Below, piece after piece: positions 29,210-38,676 of a stretch of DNA of 64,000 nt. How positions within the stretch are numbered: the stretch's first letter is position 1; each line of letters begins with the position of its first letter. The stretch is taken from assembly GCA_039189765.1 (NCBI GenBank), contig JBCCYL010000024.1, positions 1-64,000 of the forward strand. Reading direction: 5' to 3'. The DNA is from Cyanobacteria bacterium P01_F01_bin.150 (GTDB taxonomy: Bacteria > Cyanobacteriota > Cyanobacteriia > CAKZMO01). The notes beneath the pieces are model-generated. The model was not told the DNA's origin and did no database searches. It saw nothing but the letters and a program-made list of their open reading frames with translations. The position numbers and the translations under genes were made by a program.

Positions 29210-30055
29210 ATGACTAAATTTAAAAATCAACCATGGAATTTGTTTAAGCGTAAATTTGTTAGCTTTACCAAAAAGAAAGTTAATCCAACCCCAAGAGTCG
29301 TCACTGGTATAAAAAATCTTAATACCTATTCTCTATTAAAGAGTTGTCATGGCGTTAACTATTATCTTTGGAATGGGAGCGAATTTAATCCTAATCAGCC
29401 AACCTTCATCGTTACCCATGGATGGCGGGCCAAAGGCGCTAAATCTGGAGTTTTCCAGAAATTATTGGCTGCGATTAAGGCGCGTGCTACCCATGCCAAC
29501 GTCATTCTGGTTGATTGGACAGAATATTCTACTTCTTTAAACTATACAACGGTTAAAAATAATACTCTAAAGGTTGGGGACTGGGTCAGAAATTTTTTAA
29601 TTGACCTAAAGATTAACCCCGCTACAACGACCTTAATCGGTCACAGTCTTGGTGCACATATATTGGGCAATGCTGGAGACGGATATAGAAAAGAGATCGG
29701 TCGTTCAATTAATACCATTATTGCCCTTGAACCCGCTGGCCCACTGTATAGCACAACCTGCAAAGGCCAACGGTTAGATGACGGTGATGCAGCCCACGTG
29801 GTTGCGCTTCACTCCACTGATTTTATCGGATACAAAGGAGCCATAGGCGACGTAGATATTTACCTTAATGACTGGTCTTACGACAGCCAATCCGGCTTAA
29901 ACGGTTTGTTGTCTGCTGGACTAAGGCATCTCTATCCTGTCTTAGTTTTGACCGATTTATTTGAAGGCAAAAGATTTAAACAAGGTGATAATTCATCATT
30001 TTCGCTGACTTGCCTTTATACTCGGTCCGGCAGTTCTGTCGTTAAGACCATCTAA
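29210..30055 (+). CDS. Pancreatic-lipase/phospholipase-A1-like alpha/beta hydrolase (GHSLGAH nucleophile elbow)
   Basis: Motifs ..PTFIVTHGW.. and ..LIGHSLGAHILGNAG.. typical of the pancreatic lipase-type lipase family; AT-rich codon usage unlike neighbours. Confidence 0.65.
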   Translation: MTKFKNQPWNLFKRKFVSFTKKKVNPTPRVVTGIKNLNTYSLLKSCHGVNYYLWNGSEFNPNQPTFIVTHGWRAKGAKSGVFQKLLAAIKARATHANVILVDWTEYSTSLNYTTVKNNTLKVGDWVRNFLIDLKINPATTTLIGHSLGAHILGNAGDGYRKEIGRSINTIIALEPAGPLYSTTCKGQRLDDGDAAHVVALHSTDFIGYKGAIGDVDIYLNDWSYDSQSGLNGLLSAGLRHLYPVLVLTDLFEGKRFKQGDNSSFSLTCLYTRSGSSVVKTI

Positions 30056-30067
30056 GCCAACTTAGTT

Positions 30068-31414
30068 ATGGGACTAAAAAACATGACGAAGACTAACACC
30101 ATACCCAACAGTTTGCCCACTCAAGATCAACTTTCACAAACAGTGATGGACTTAATTATAAAGTTTATCGAACCCTGTGAGAATGACGAATTTGCGATCG
30201 AATTATGGAACGGTCAACGTTGGGACCCCACACCGGAAAAGACCCGTGCCACTCTGATTATTCGTGACCCTGGGGCTATTCGTACCCTACTCTTTTCCGG
30301 GGGAACCCTTGCCCTTGCAGAGCTATATATGGGCGGTCGAGTAGACATTGTGGGTGAGATTGAGGCGATGCTGCCTTTGGTGGATTACCTGATCACGCTA
30401 AAGCCAAAATGGAGTGACGTGCTGCCAGTCGCCGTAAAGCTGCTCAAATTTTCTGACAACAGCAACCATCAAAACGGTCAGATTAGTCATGAGCCTGCGG
30501 TTGTGTCTGGCGATCCTAAAAGTCGCCAGCGCGTTGGCGATGCCATTAAATATCACTATGATCAGCCATCGGAGTTTTGGCAGCTTTGGCTTGACCCCTA
30601 CATGCAGTATACCTGTGCCTATTTTCAGGACGAGGACGACGATCTGGCTACGGCACAGCTCCAAAAGATGGACTACATTTGTCGGAAATTGCGTCTCCAG
30701 CCTGGAGACCGCTTTTTGGACCTCGGCTGTGGTTGGGGTGGATTAGCCGTTTATGCAGCCAAGCACTATCAGGTCCAGTCGGTAGGCATTACCATTAGCA
30801 AATATCAGGCGGAATATGCACAAAACTGGATTAAGCGGGAAGGATTAGACGATATTTGCCGTGTCGAACTAGGGGATTTTCGGGATGCCCTAAACTTTGA
30901 AAAGTTTGACAAGGTAGCTGGGGTTGGTATTCTTGAACACCTCACTTCGCACTTAATCAATGAATATTTTGAGACCGCGTGGACGTGCTTAAATCCGGGG
31001 GGGATCTTCCTAAACCATGCCACGGGTTCTGTTGCAAGGCAACCCACTCGCAAGGGTAAGTCGTTTATGCATCGCTATATTTTTCCAAATACTGAACTTA
31101 TTCCCATTAATGATGTGTTGGCGGTAGCCGATCGGACGGGATTTGAAATTCGGGACTTGGAGAATCTACGGGAGCATTACCGATTGACGTTAATCCGCTG
31201 GCTCAAGAACTTTGAGGCCAATTCTAGTCAGGTTCTTGAATTTATGGATAAATCAGCATACCGTGCCTATCAGCTCTACTTTGTCGGCTGTATCTATGAC
31301 TTCAATATTGGACGAAATAATCTTTATCAGTCTCTCTACGTGAAGCCAAAGAACAATAAAAGTGGAATGCCTTTATCACGGGCATACCTGTATAAAGGCA
31401 TGGATAAAGCATAG
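30068..31414 (+). CDS. Cyclopropane-fatty-acyl-phospholipid synthase family SAM-dependent methyltransferase
   Basis: CFA synthase/mycolic acid cyclopropane synthase family signature incl. SAM motif I ..FLDLGCGWGGLAVYAAKHY.. and downstream ..GVGILEHL.. ; 13 nt after lipase stop. Confidence 0.8.
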   Translation: MGLKNMTKTNTIPNSLPTQDQLSQTVMDLIIKFIEPCENDEFAIELWNGQRWDPTPEKTRATLIIRDPGAIRTLLFSGGTLALAELYMGGRVDIVGEIEAMLPLVDYLITLKPKWSDVLPVAVKLLKFSDNSNHQNGQISHEPAVVSGDPKSRQRVGDAIKYHYDQPSEFWQLWLDPYMQYTCAYFQDEDDDLATAQLQKMDYICRKLRLQPGDRFLDLGCGWGGLAVYAAKHYQVQSVGITISKYQAEYAQNWIKREGLDDICRVELGDFRDALNFEKFDKVAGVGILEHLTSHLINEYFETAWTCLNPGGIFLNHATGSVARQPTRKGKSFMHRYIFPNTELIPINDVLAVADRTGFEIRDLENLREHYRLTLIRWLKNFEANSSQVLEFMDKSAYRAYQLYFVGCIYDFNIGRNNLYQSLYVKPKNNKSGMPLSRAYLYKGMDKA

Positions 31415-31432
31415 GATTTACGTGGAAAAAGC

Positions 31433-32305
31433 ATGATTGAATCAACTCAAGGGCTGTATTTACCCACATATGCCAGTCGAGAAGGCTTTAAACCAGGTGT
31501 TTGTGTGGGTATGGCTATCGTTCACATTATCGCCTGTCTAGCGCCATGGTACTACACCCCCTATTCCCTACCTTTGCTATTGGGCGGATGGATGCTAACG
31601 GGTGGGATCGGAATTTCAATTGGTTACCATCGGCTGCTGGCCCATCGTAGTTTTGACACATTTATGTGGTTAAAGTATCTCTTTGCCACCTTCGGGGTTT
31701 TGTCCGTACAGTCCGGACCGATTACATGGGTTGGCTCGCATCGCCTCCACCATAGGTTTACCGACCAGGAGCTAGATATTCATACGCCTAAAGCTGGTTT
31801 TTTGTGGGGACATATGGGCTGGATTGTTTTTGAACACCCCATGATTGCCGCGAAACCATTGGGAACGTACGCAGCGGATATTGCCAAGGATCCAGTCTTT
31901 CAAGTCCTCGATCGGTATTATCTGGGCATCAATATTCTGTTGGGAATCATCTTGTTGGGAATCGGATATTTATGTGGTGGCATGCACACGGCCCTATCTT
32001 TTTTGATTTGGGGAGGATTTCTGCGCATTGTTTTTACGTGGCACTGTATATTCTCAGTTAACTCAGTTTGCCACTATTGTGGATATCGTAACTTCGACCT
32101 CTCTGATGATAGCTACAATAACCCTCTTGTTTCATTACTGACCTTTGGTGAAGGCTGGCACAACAACCATCATTTCTGTCCCTCTTCAGCTAGTTTATCG
32201 TTGCGTCCCTTCGAAATTGATGTCGCTTATTACTTTATTGCTTTGCTACAGAAACTAGGGTTGGCTTGGAATGTTCGAGTTAAAACTAGAAATAAGAGTA
32301 CTTAA
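31433..32305 (+). CDS. Membrane fatty-acid desaturase, Delta9 (DesC/stearoyl-CoA desaturase-type) with three His boxes
   Basis: His boxes HRLLAH, HRLHHRF, HNNHH with spacing typical of Delta9 acyl-lipid/acyl-CoA desaturases; 18 nt after CFA-synthase stop. Confidence 0.8.
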   Translation: MIESTQGLYLPTYASREGFKPGVCVGMAIVHIIACLAPWYYTPYSLPLLLGGWMLTGGIGISIGYHRLLAHRSFDTFMWLKYLFATFGVLSVQSGPITWVGSHRLHHRFTDQELDIHTPKAGFLWGHMGWIVFEHPMIAAKPLGTYAADIAKDPVFQVLDRYYLGINILLGIILLGIGYLCGGMHTALSFLIWGGFLRIVFTWHCIFSVNSVCHYCGYRNFDLSDDSYNNPLVSLLTFGEGWHNNHHFCPSSASLSLRPFEIDVAYYFIALLQKLGLAWNVRVKTRNKST

Positions 32306-32392
32306 AATTCAAGATGGGAAAGGTTTAACGAAAGGTTGGATCACCAAGTATCTTCTAAGAAACACGACGTGTTTCTTGCATTTTTAACGTGT

Positions 32393-32432
32393 TGTGTCGG
32401 TGAGGCCGACACAACACGTTAAAGGCTCCTAA
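32393..32432. repeat. Perfect 18-bp-stem hairpin (ttaacgtgttgtgtcgg tgag gccgacacaacacgttaa) downstream of desaturase; member of TTAACG-flanked hairpin family or terminator
   Basis: Direct reading of inverted repeat; flanks TTAACG/CGTTAA as in repeats at 28950, 51350, 55790. Confidence 0.6.
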
Positions 32433-32724
32433 CTTAGAATCCAGCGGTCAGGATGATAGTGAGGGAACATAAATTTGTCCAAGTGTGATATGGCCCACAT
32501 TCAGCAGGTTGATGCATTGAGCAAATAATATCGTTGACAGGTGGAGGCAAAGAAGCTGAGCATATGTCGCTGAATCTGAGTAAGCTTGATGCCGACTTTC
32601 GTTCCATTGAGCCAAATCAAATGGACGGTGTGCACGCTGGCGCGCTTGACTCTCCACTAGCCCTCACGCTCACTCGGCTGAAATTGTTCGGCAGGTAGCG
32701 TTTCAAGCAACTCCTTTGCCCAGG

Positions 32725-33564
32725 TTAGCCAAGCGCCTTAATACCGCGTAGCAGCATGTAGCTTGACAACCCTAAGAGTAATAAGCGAAAGAGAGTGGTA
32801 ATAGTCTTATCGGAAAGTTTGGGAAGAAGACGGGTGCCAAATTGAGCACCAATAATAGCGCCTCCCCCCAAACAGAGGCCAGGAATCCATAACACATGAC
32901 CACTGATGGACTGACGAATAAGCGCAGAAGACGCGATCGCCACAATTGCGCCTAAACTGGTGCGTACCGCGATTTTAATCGGCTCATTTAGAGCCAGCAT
33001 TTGCAATGGCACCATCACCGCCCCACCACCAACACCAAATAATCCCGATAGCATTCCCGCCAAAACGCCAATCCCCATCGTCGGTACAAATGGATAGCGC
33101 CTCTCCCGCTCAGTCCCACTTACAGCTTCTCCTTGCTCCCCTGCTCCCCCGCTCCCCTGCTCCCCTGCTCCCTTATGCCCCTGCTCCCTTACCAGCGATC
33201 GCTTCAACCCCATTAGATAAATAGTGGTCAACGCCAAGACAGCAAAGCCAATGGACAGAAAAGCATCAGGAATGCTGGCCCCCAACCACGATCCTACTTG
33301 AGCCGACATTAGACCAAAGCCGCCCAAAATTAAGGCCACTTTCCAATTTAAGGTCCCCGTTTGTAAATTGCGAATACTGCCAGAAAGACCGCTGAGTAAG
33401 ACCCCAATGAGGCTGGTGGCGGCAGCTTGAAGAGTAGTAGCGCCAGCTAAGGTTAGGGCTGGAACATTGAGTAAGCCACCACCAATGCCTAAAATACCAG
33501 CTAAGGTTCCAGTAAATAAGCCAAATCCAAATAGAAGAAACCAGCCTAACGGGGTATCAATCAT
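32725..33564 (-). CDS. TSUP (TauE/SafE) family anion exporter, with in-frame Gly/Glu-rich repeat insertion
   Basis: Two 4-TM halves with conserved ..GIGGGLL..P.L../..GVGGGAVMVPL.. motifs; central loop GAGEQGSGGAGEQGEA encoded by tandem ctcccctgctccc repeats (33111-33195). Confidence 0.75.
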   Translation of the reverse strand: MIDTPLGWFLLFGFGLFTGTLAGILGIGGGLLNVPALTLAGATTLQAAATSLIGVLLSGLSGSIRNLQTGTLNWKVALILGGFGLMSAQVGSWLGASIPDAFLSIGFAVLALTTIYLMGLKRSLVREQGHKGAGEQGSGGAGEQGEAVSGTERERRYPFVPTMGIGVLAGMLSGLFGVGGGAVMVPLQMLALNEPIKIAVRTSLGAIVAIASSALIRQSISGHVLWIPGLCLGGGAIIGAQFGTRLLPKLSDKTITTLFRLLLLGLSSYMLLRGIKALG

Positions 33565-34026
33565 TTGCGCTATTGCACCTAAAACGTCTGTCTTTACTCA
33601 ATTCATAAAAGCATAAAGGCGCTTACAACTTAAACAGACTTCATTTTAGGGCCAGTTTTTACTAGATTTTACGGATCGGAGCGATCGCAGCCTGTAAAGA
33701 GGCTAGAGGATTACGAAATTGTGCGGAAACAGAAAAGAACTTTGATGAAGATTTCAAGTACTTTTACTTAACCGTCATGGATGAGCGTTAGCTACCCTTT
33801 CGTACAAACTCTTATGGATACGAAGCAAAATCTCAGTGTATACACTATAATCTTTGGATAAGAGAGAGTAGTTCGGGTGCATGTAGTTAGAAGAAACGAC
33901 CTAAATTGGTACGCTAGTTCCAAAAAAGGTTCTGAAAACTGCTTAAGGTGTAGGGTTCCATCTAACTGTGTCGTTCCATAGCTAATAGAACTGTTGCATT
34001 CCCCTAGCGGGGCTTCCTTGAATTTC

Positions 34027-34236
34027 ATGACTGTTTTAACAAATGTGCGCCCACTTAAAGTGCGGTTAAGAGAAACTGTTGAACGGATTATCAAGTCAGG
34101 CTGTATTACACGAGCTGATGAAGACTTACTGTTCCATGCTGCAACCTCAGATCAAGTATTGACCCAAGAAGAAATGAAGCTGGTACAGCGGGTCTTCGAT
34201 CGTCTTCAGATGAATATGCTAAAGCTTTCAGACTAA
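34027..34236 (+). CDS. Small hypothetical protein (~70 aa)
   Basis: ORF in a 1-kb otherwise non-coding gap; no recognisable family; weak. Confidence 0.2.
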   Translation: MTVLTNVRPLKVRLRETVERIIKSGCITRADEDLLFHAATSDQVLTQEEMKLVQRVFDRLQMNMLKLSD

Positions 34237-34583
34237 GACCCCTAAATTAGAGAACGTTTGAGAAATCCGATCCTTTTAAGCGACGTTGCTAGGAAGTAAG
34301 TTACTAGTGGCTTAGACGGTTAAAAATCATCAATGTTCCCATTAAAAGCGTGGATTGGGTAAATCGCGTCTGCTGATTTTCTAATCGTTTACATTGTGAC
34401 TACAAGATTCGGATTTGTCTTAGCCATTTGAGTATGCTCAAGCCGAGTGATTTGAGATGGTGGCCATTGCTTCTGCTCATGGGTAGGAGTGCCAGGCTGA
34501 ACTTCTGAGAAATCATCTTTTTAATATTCGTCAACAAATACAATCCGGCAGGGATTCTCTCCTCATCTATGTATGACATGCAA

Positions 34584-34608
34584 GAGTGCTAGCACTCTAA
34601 GATTTTTT
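34584..34608 (+). terminator. Terminator-like perfect 16-bp palindrome agagtgctagcactct followed by T6 (plus-strand orientation), abutting stop of minus-strand permease gene
   Basis: Direct reading; could terminate an unannotated plus-strand transcript from 34240-34600 or act bidirectionally. Confidence 0.35.
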
Positions 34609-35389
34609 AGCTGGAAGCACTAGTGTAAAATCTGAGTGCAAAACGCCATATTTGTTTGGAAATCCATAAAAGTCCGAAGGACAACAGCAAGCTGATCAGA
34701 AACCATGATGACTCCAAGCGGTCGAGCAGGGCTTGAGCAGGAATCGTCGTTAGAAACGTGACTGGCACCACAAATGTGAAAAAGACTCGATAGGCCGCAG
34801 GGTAGGCAACAATCGGATATCGGCCTGCTTCTAGTAAGCCCCGCAGCACTTCAGTAACGTTATAGACTTTGACAAACCAAATACTGGTGGCACCCAGCAT
34901 AAACCAAAGACTATACAAACTCAGCGCACCACAAAATAGAGGCAGGATTCCTGTCACATAGTTAGCAATATTCAGGTTGAGCTGGTTGCCGGCATAACCA
35001 ATAATCAATAGCCCAAATAGAACATCTGGTAGTCCCCAGGGCGAGACAACTCGGGTTGATAGCCAAAACTGGGAGCTAACGGGCTTAAGCAAAACAAAGT
35101 CAAGGGTACCGTCTTGAACGTGACGAACAATCTTGCTCAAATTGGGGGATAAAAAAGTGGAAGAAAACCCCTGAAGAAGCGTAAACATTCCCAAAACAAC
35201 TAGAGCTTCTTCCCAGGACCAATCTTGGAAAGTATAGTCTGTTTGATAGAAAAGAAAAAGACCAAATATGCTGCCTACCAGCCCTGTTATGCTGCTGAGG
35301 GCGGCAATCAAAAAGTTGAGACGATACTCTAGCTCAGCAGCGATCGCGGTTCCCCAGAACAGTCTCAATACTCTAAAATAACGCAGCAT
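34607..35389 (-). CDS. ABC-2 family transporter permease (6 TM)
   Basis: 260 aa polytopic membrane protein with ABC-2 permease-like topology; weak motif support. Confidence 0.5.
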   Translation of the reverse strand: MLRYFRVLRLFWGTAIAAELEYRLNFLIAALSSITGLVGSIFGLFLFYQTDYTFQDWSWEEALVVLGMFTLLQGFSSTFLSPNLSKIVRHVQDGTLDFVLLKPVSSQFWLSTRVVSPWGLPDVLFGLLIIGYAGNQLNLNIANYVTGILPLFCGALSLYSLWFMLGATSIWFVKVYNVTEVLRGLLEAGRYPIVAYPAAYRVFFTFVVPVTFLTTIPAQALLDRLESSWFLISLLLSFGLLWISKQIWRFALRFYTSASS

Positions 35390-35406
35390 AATTCACCCTA
35401 AAGCAT

Positions 35407-35850
35407 TTACGATGAGGCGAACTCCAAAGCGTAATCACGAAACCGATTGAGATCCTCTTGGATAGTAGACTCCACCACACGTCCCAGGAACAGGTTATCC
35501 ATCAGAGCCAAAACCGGAGGAACATTATAGGAAACAGACAGACGTACGATGCTGCCATCCTCTCCTCGATCGTAGAATCGAATCGCTCCTCGATTCGGTA
35601 AGCCGCTGACTGACTCCCACCGAATGACTTGATGAGTAATAAGGTCGGTGATGCGCGATCGCCAGCTAAACTCAAATCCTGCGGACGCTAGCTTCCACAC
35701 CGATAGTTCAGGATCTTCCTCAAGTATTTTGACCGAATCAATCCAGCGCATCCAATTTGGCATTTGCTCCAAATCGGACCAAAGGGACCAAACAACCTCA
35801 ATAGGTATTTCAACTTCAACTTGCACGCTATGTTCGAGCCACTTGGCCAT
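35407..35850 (-). CDS. SRPBCC (polyketide cyclase/dehydrase, START-like) family protein; likely start MAKWLEHS (ORF track extends to 35910 via TTG)
   Basis: ..VEVEIPIEVVWSLWSDLEQMPNWMRWIDSVKILEED.. typical SRPBCC helix-grip N-terminus. Confidence 0.65.
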   Translation of the reverse strand: MAKWLEHSVQVEVEIPIEVVWSLWSDLEQMPNWMRWIDSVKILEEDPELSVWKLASAGFEFSWRSRITDLITHQVIRWESVSGLPNRGAIRFYDRGEDGSIVRLSVSYNVPPVLALMDNLFLGRVVESTIQEDLNRFRDYALEFASS

Positions 35851-35985
35851 AGTTGCCTTGCTCCTCCCTCGATACAAATGCATCGTCTGACGGGACTGAT
35901 TCCGTGTCAAGTATTCTCATGCTGAAGACAGTGAAACTTTACGCGGTCCCTTAACTCTTGGTCATAATAACGAAACCCATTTCCG

Positions 35986-37452
35986 CTAAGCTGCTGGCGA
36001 ACAGCAGCGGCAGCTTGACGCAAGCTGATCGAGCACAGCAGCGGCAGCTTGACGCCCAGAAAGGGTCGCCCCTTCCATGCTGTCAATGTAATCTTGCTGC
36101 GTGTAACTCCCTGCAAGAAAGAAGTTACTCACTGGAGTCTTCTGAGCAGGGCGATAGGGTTCCATTCCTGGGGCTTCCCGATAAAGAGACTGGGCCAGCT
36201 TAACAACGCTGTACCAGGTCATATTCAAATCGCGGGAAGAGGGGAACAGCTTACGGACCTGCTCAAGCACATGCTCAGCAATGACTTCTTTCCGCTCTTT
36301 AATAAACGGATCTCCCGGCGTCAACACTAATTGAAGCAGTGACCCCTCGCCTTCTTTGTAATAATCGGCAGGACTAGTGAGGGCTAAATCGGCAAAACAT
36401 GAGAAATCAGCATCAGGAGTGTAAAGCAGGTTGTCCAAGCCGGTGGCATGCTCAAGCTGAGTTCGCTCCGCATGATCCTGCATTTCCGTAACCCAACCAT
36501 CAAACCGTAGCTGCACCGTGACGACGGGAACCGCATCCAACTTGTAGAGGTTATCGAACTGCTCCCATTTACGCCAGCCCTCAGGCACTAAACGCTGGAT
36601 GCCGGGCACATCACAAGCACAAACATAGGCATCCGCTTTAACCGTACTAACGTCACTGCCTTGGGAGACTTCCAATCCTGTTACTTTAGTATTGTCCCCC
36701 TCACTCTCAAAATGCACCTCACGCACCTGGTTGCGCAGGTGAATCTTAACGTTGTGCTTCTCCAAATAATCCACAATTGGACGGTGCAAATATTCACCAG
36801 GCGACCCTTCCAACATCCGCAAAATGGACGCTTCTGTGCGAACGGCAAAGAATTGGAAGATGGTAAGCATACACCGGGCAGAAATATCTTCGGTGTCGAT
36901 AAACCCTAGGGCATAGGCAATGGGGTCCCACATCCGCTTTAAGCTGCCGTTGGACCCTCCATGACTGCGAAACCAGTCAGCAAAGCTAACGTTATCTAGG
37001 CCTCGAATGGTTTTCATTGCTCCATCGAAATCCACTAAGCCCCGCACGATGGGACTAGTGCCCAAGGCAAGGGAGTTAGACAGCTTGTCCTGGACCGAAA
37101 GTTGAGACGTGGTAAAAAAGGCTTTAAGACCATTAAAGGGCGCTCCGGTCAAGAAGCGAAAATCAAGCGCCCCTAAATCACCGCCCTCGTTGACAAAGGT
37201 GTGAGTATGCTCCTTAAGCCGCAGATCTTTGAAGGAGCCAACCTTTTTCATCAGCTCAAATAAATTGTAGTAGCAGCCGAAAAAGACATGCAGGCCCATT
37301 TCAATATGATTGCCGTCTTTGTCTACCCAACTGCCCACTTTGCCGCCAACAAAGGAACGAGACTCAAAAATTTCTACTTCATGACCCGCGTCTACCAGCT
37401 CCACTGCAGTGGACAATCCAGCTAACCCCGCGCCAACAATTGCGACCCGCAT
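35986..37452 (-). CDS. pds: 15-cis-phytoene desaturase (plant/cyanobacterial PDS type); C-terminus altered by a 34-bp tandem duplication
   Basis: FAD-binding N-terminus [19 protein letters not shown].., ..[33 protein letters not shown].. full-length PDS/CrtP family; see finding on 35990-36060. Confidence 0.9.
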   Translation of the reverse strand: MRVAIVGAGLAGLSTAVELVDAGHEVEIFESRSFVGGKVGSWVDKDGNHIEMGLHVFFGCYYNLFELMKKVGSFKDLRLKEHTHTFVNEGGDLGALDFRFLTGAPFNGLKAFFTTSQLSVQDKLSNSLALGTSPIVRGLVDFDGAMKTIRGLDNVSFADWFRSHGGSNGSLKRMWDPIAYALGFIDTEDISARCMLTIFQFFAVRTEASILRMLEGSPGEYLHRPIVDYLEKHNVKIHLRNQVREVHFESEGDNTKVTGLEVSQGSDVSTVKADAYVCACDVPGIQRLVPEGWRKWEQFDNLYKLDAVPVVTVQLRFDGWVTEMQDHAERTQLEHATGLDNLLYTPDADFSCFADLALTSPADYYKEGEGSLLQLVLTPGDPFIKERKEVIAEHVLEQVRKLFPSSRDLNMTWYSVVKLAQSLYREAPGMEPYRPAQKTPVSNFFLAGSYTQQDYIDSMEGATLSGRQAAAAVLDQLASSCRCCSPAA

Positions 37453-37551
37453 GACCCAACCTTTCTAATGTGTCCTTAACACAGTGTAATATACATCTTC
37501 CCCACTGCCTGGAACAAATTGGTGCTCTATCCCGAACGTCCTTTGCCCACC

Positions 37552-38664
37552 CTAAGCTGGTACGTTATTTTCTGGCAGGTCTCTCATACTATCGCTGGGT
37601 AGCTTTGATTCATAGACTATAGATGTGTCCAGAAGACGCAGTTCTGAACAGCGCGATCGCCCATAATACTGCTGATACCAAGTCACAAACTGCTGAAGAC
37701 CATCTTCAAGCTTGGTTTTAGGCACAAAGCCAATGGCTTGATTTAGGGCATCCACATCCGCATAGGTTTCCAGCACATCACCAGGTTGTAGCGGCAGCAT
37801 ATTTTTTTGAGCGTTAACTCCAAGACAGCGTTCCAAGGTCTGGATAAAGTCCATAAGGGTAACAGGCTGATGATTCCCAATATTGTAGATACGGTAAGGC
37901 GCTTGGCTGGTGCTGGGATCGGGACAGTGGCCGGACCACAGACGATCAGCCTGGGGCGTATGGGGAAGCAGTCGCACAATCCCTTCCACAATATCGTCAA
38001 TATAGGTAAAGTCGCGACTCATATTGCCATAGTTGTACACATCAATGGGTCGGCCTTCTAGAATGGCCTGGGTAAATTTATAGGTCGCCATATCTGGTCG
38101 CCCCCAAGGACCGTAAACGGTAAAGAATCGCAGCCCCGTACTGGGGATGCAATAAAGATGGCTGTAAGCATGGGCCATCAGTTCATTAGCTTTTTTAGTC
38201 GCTGCATAGAGGCTGATGGGGTGATCCACATTATGCTGAACGGAAAAGGGGACAGCGCGATTGGCTCCATAGACCGAACTGGATGAGGCAAAGATCAAAT
38301 GTTTGACTTTATAGCTGCGGCATCCCTCCAAAACATGGAAAAATCCCACCAAATTACTGTCCGTATAGGCATGGGGATTGTCGAGGGAATAGCGTACTCC
38401 GGCTTGGGCGGCTAAGTGAATCACATCGTCAGGCTGATATTCGCCAAACAGCCACTCCATTGCTGCGCGATCGCTCAAGTCTATCTTATGGAACTGAAAA
38501 TTAGGATAGGGCTGAAGCTGAGCCAGGCGATCGCCCTTTAGCTGAACGCTGTAGTAATCATTGAGATTGTCCATCCCGATGACGGTATAACCATTATTCA
38601 ACAGTGCTTTGGCAACGTGATACCCAATAAAGCCAGCAGCACCAGTGACAAGAATCGTTGACAT
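37552..38664 (-). CDS. NAD-dependent UDP-glucuronate 4-epimerase-like (SDR extended family)
   Basis: ..ILVTGAAGFIGYHVAKAL...G..V.G.DNLNDYY....K..RL..L, catalytic YAATKKANELMAHAY; family typical of UDP-GlcA->UDP-GalA epimerases. Confidence 0.75.
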   Translation of the reverse strand: MSTILVTGAAGFIGYHVAKALLNNGYTVIGMDNLNDYYSVQLKGDRLAQLQPYPNFQFHKIDLSDRAAMEWLFGEYQPDDVIHLAAQAGVRYSLDNPHAYTDSNLVGFFHVLEGCRSYKVKHLIFASSSSVYGANRAVPFSVQHNVDHPISLYAATKKANELMAHAYSHLYCIPSTGLRFFTVYGPWGRPDMATYKFTQAILEGRPIDVYNYGNMSRDFTYIDDIVEGIVRLLPHTPQADRLWSGHCPDPSTSQAPYRIYNIGNHQPVTLMDFIQTLERCLGVNAQKNMLPLQPGDVLETYADVDALNQAIGFVPKTKLEDGLQQFVTWYQQYYGRSRCSELRLLDTSIVYESKLPSDSMRDLPENNVPA

Positions 38665-38676
38665 GGGTTCTAATCC

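Noticed and set aside
32448-32657. 69-aa ORF (-) in desaturase-TauE intergenic region
   Set aside because: No start context or family resemblance; region may instead host a non-coding RNA, but I could not substantiate one
35907-36116. 69-aa ORF (-) overlapping the pds 3' end
   Set aside because: It is the ancestral continuation of the pds reading frame displaced by the 34-bp duplication, not an independent gene
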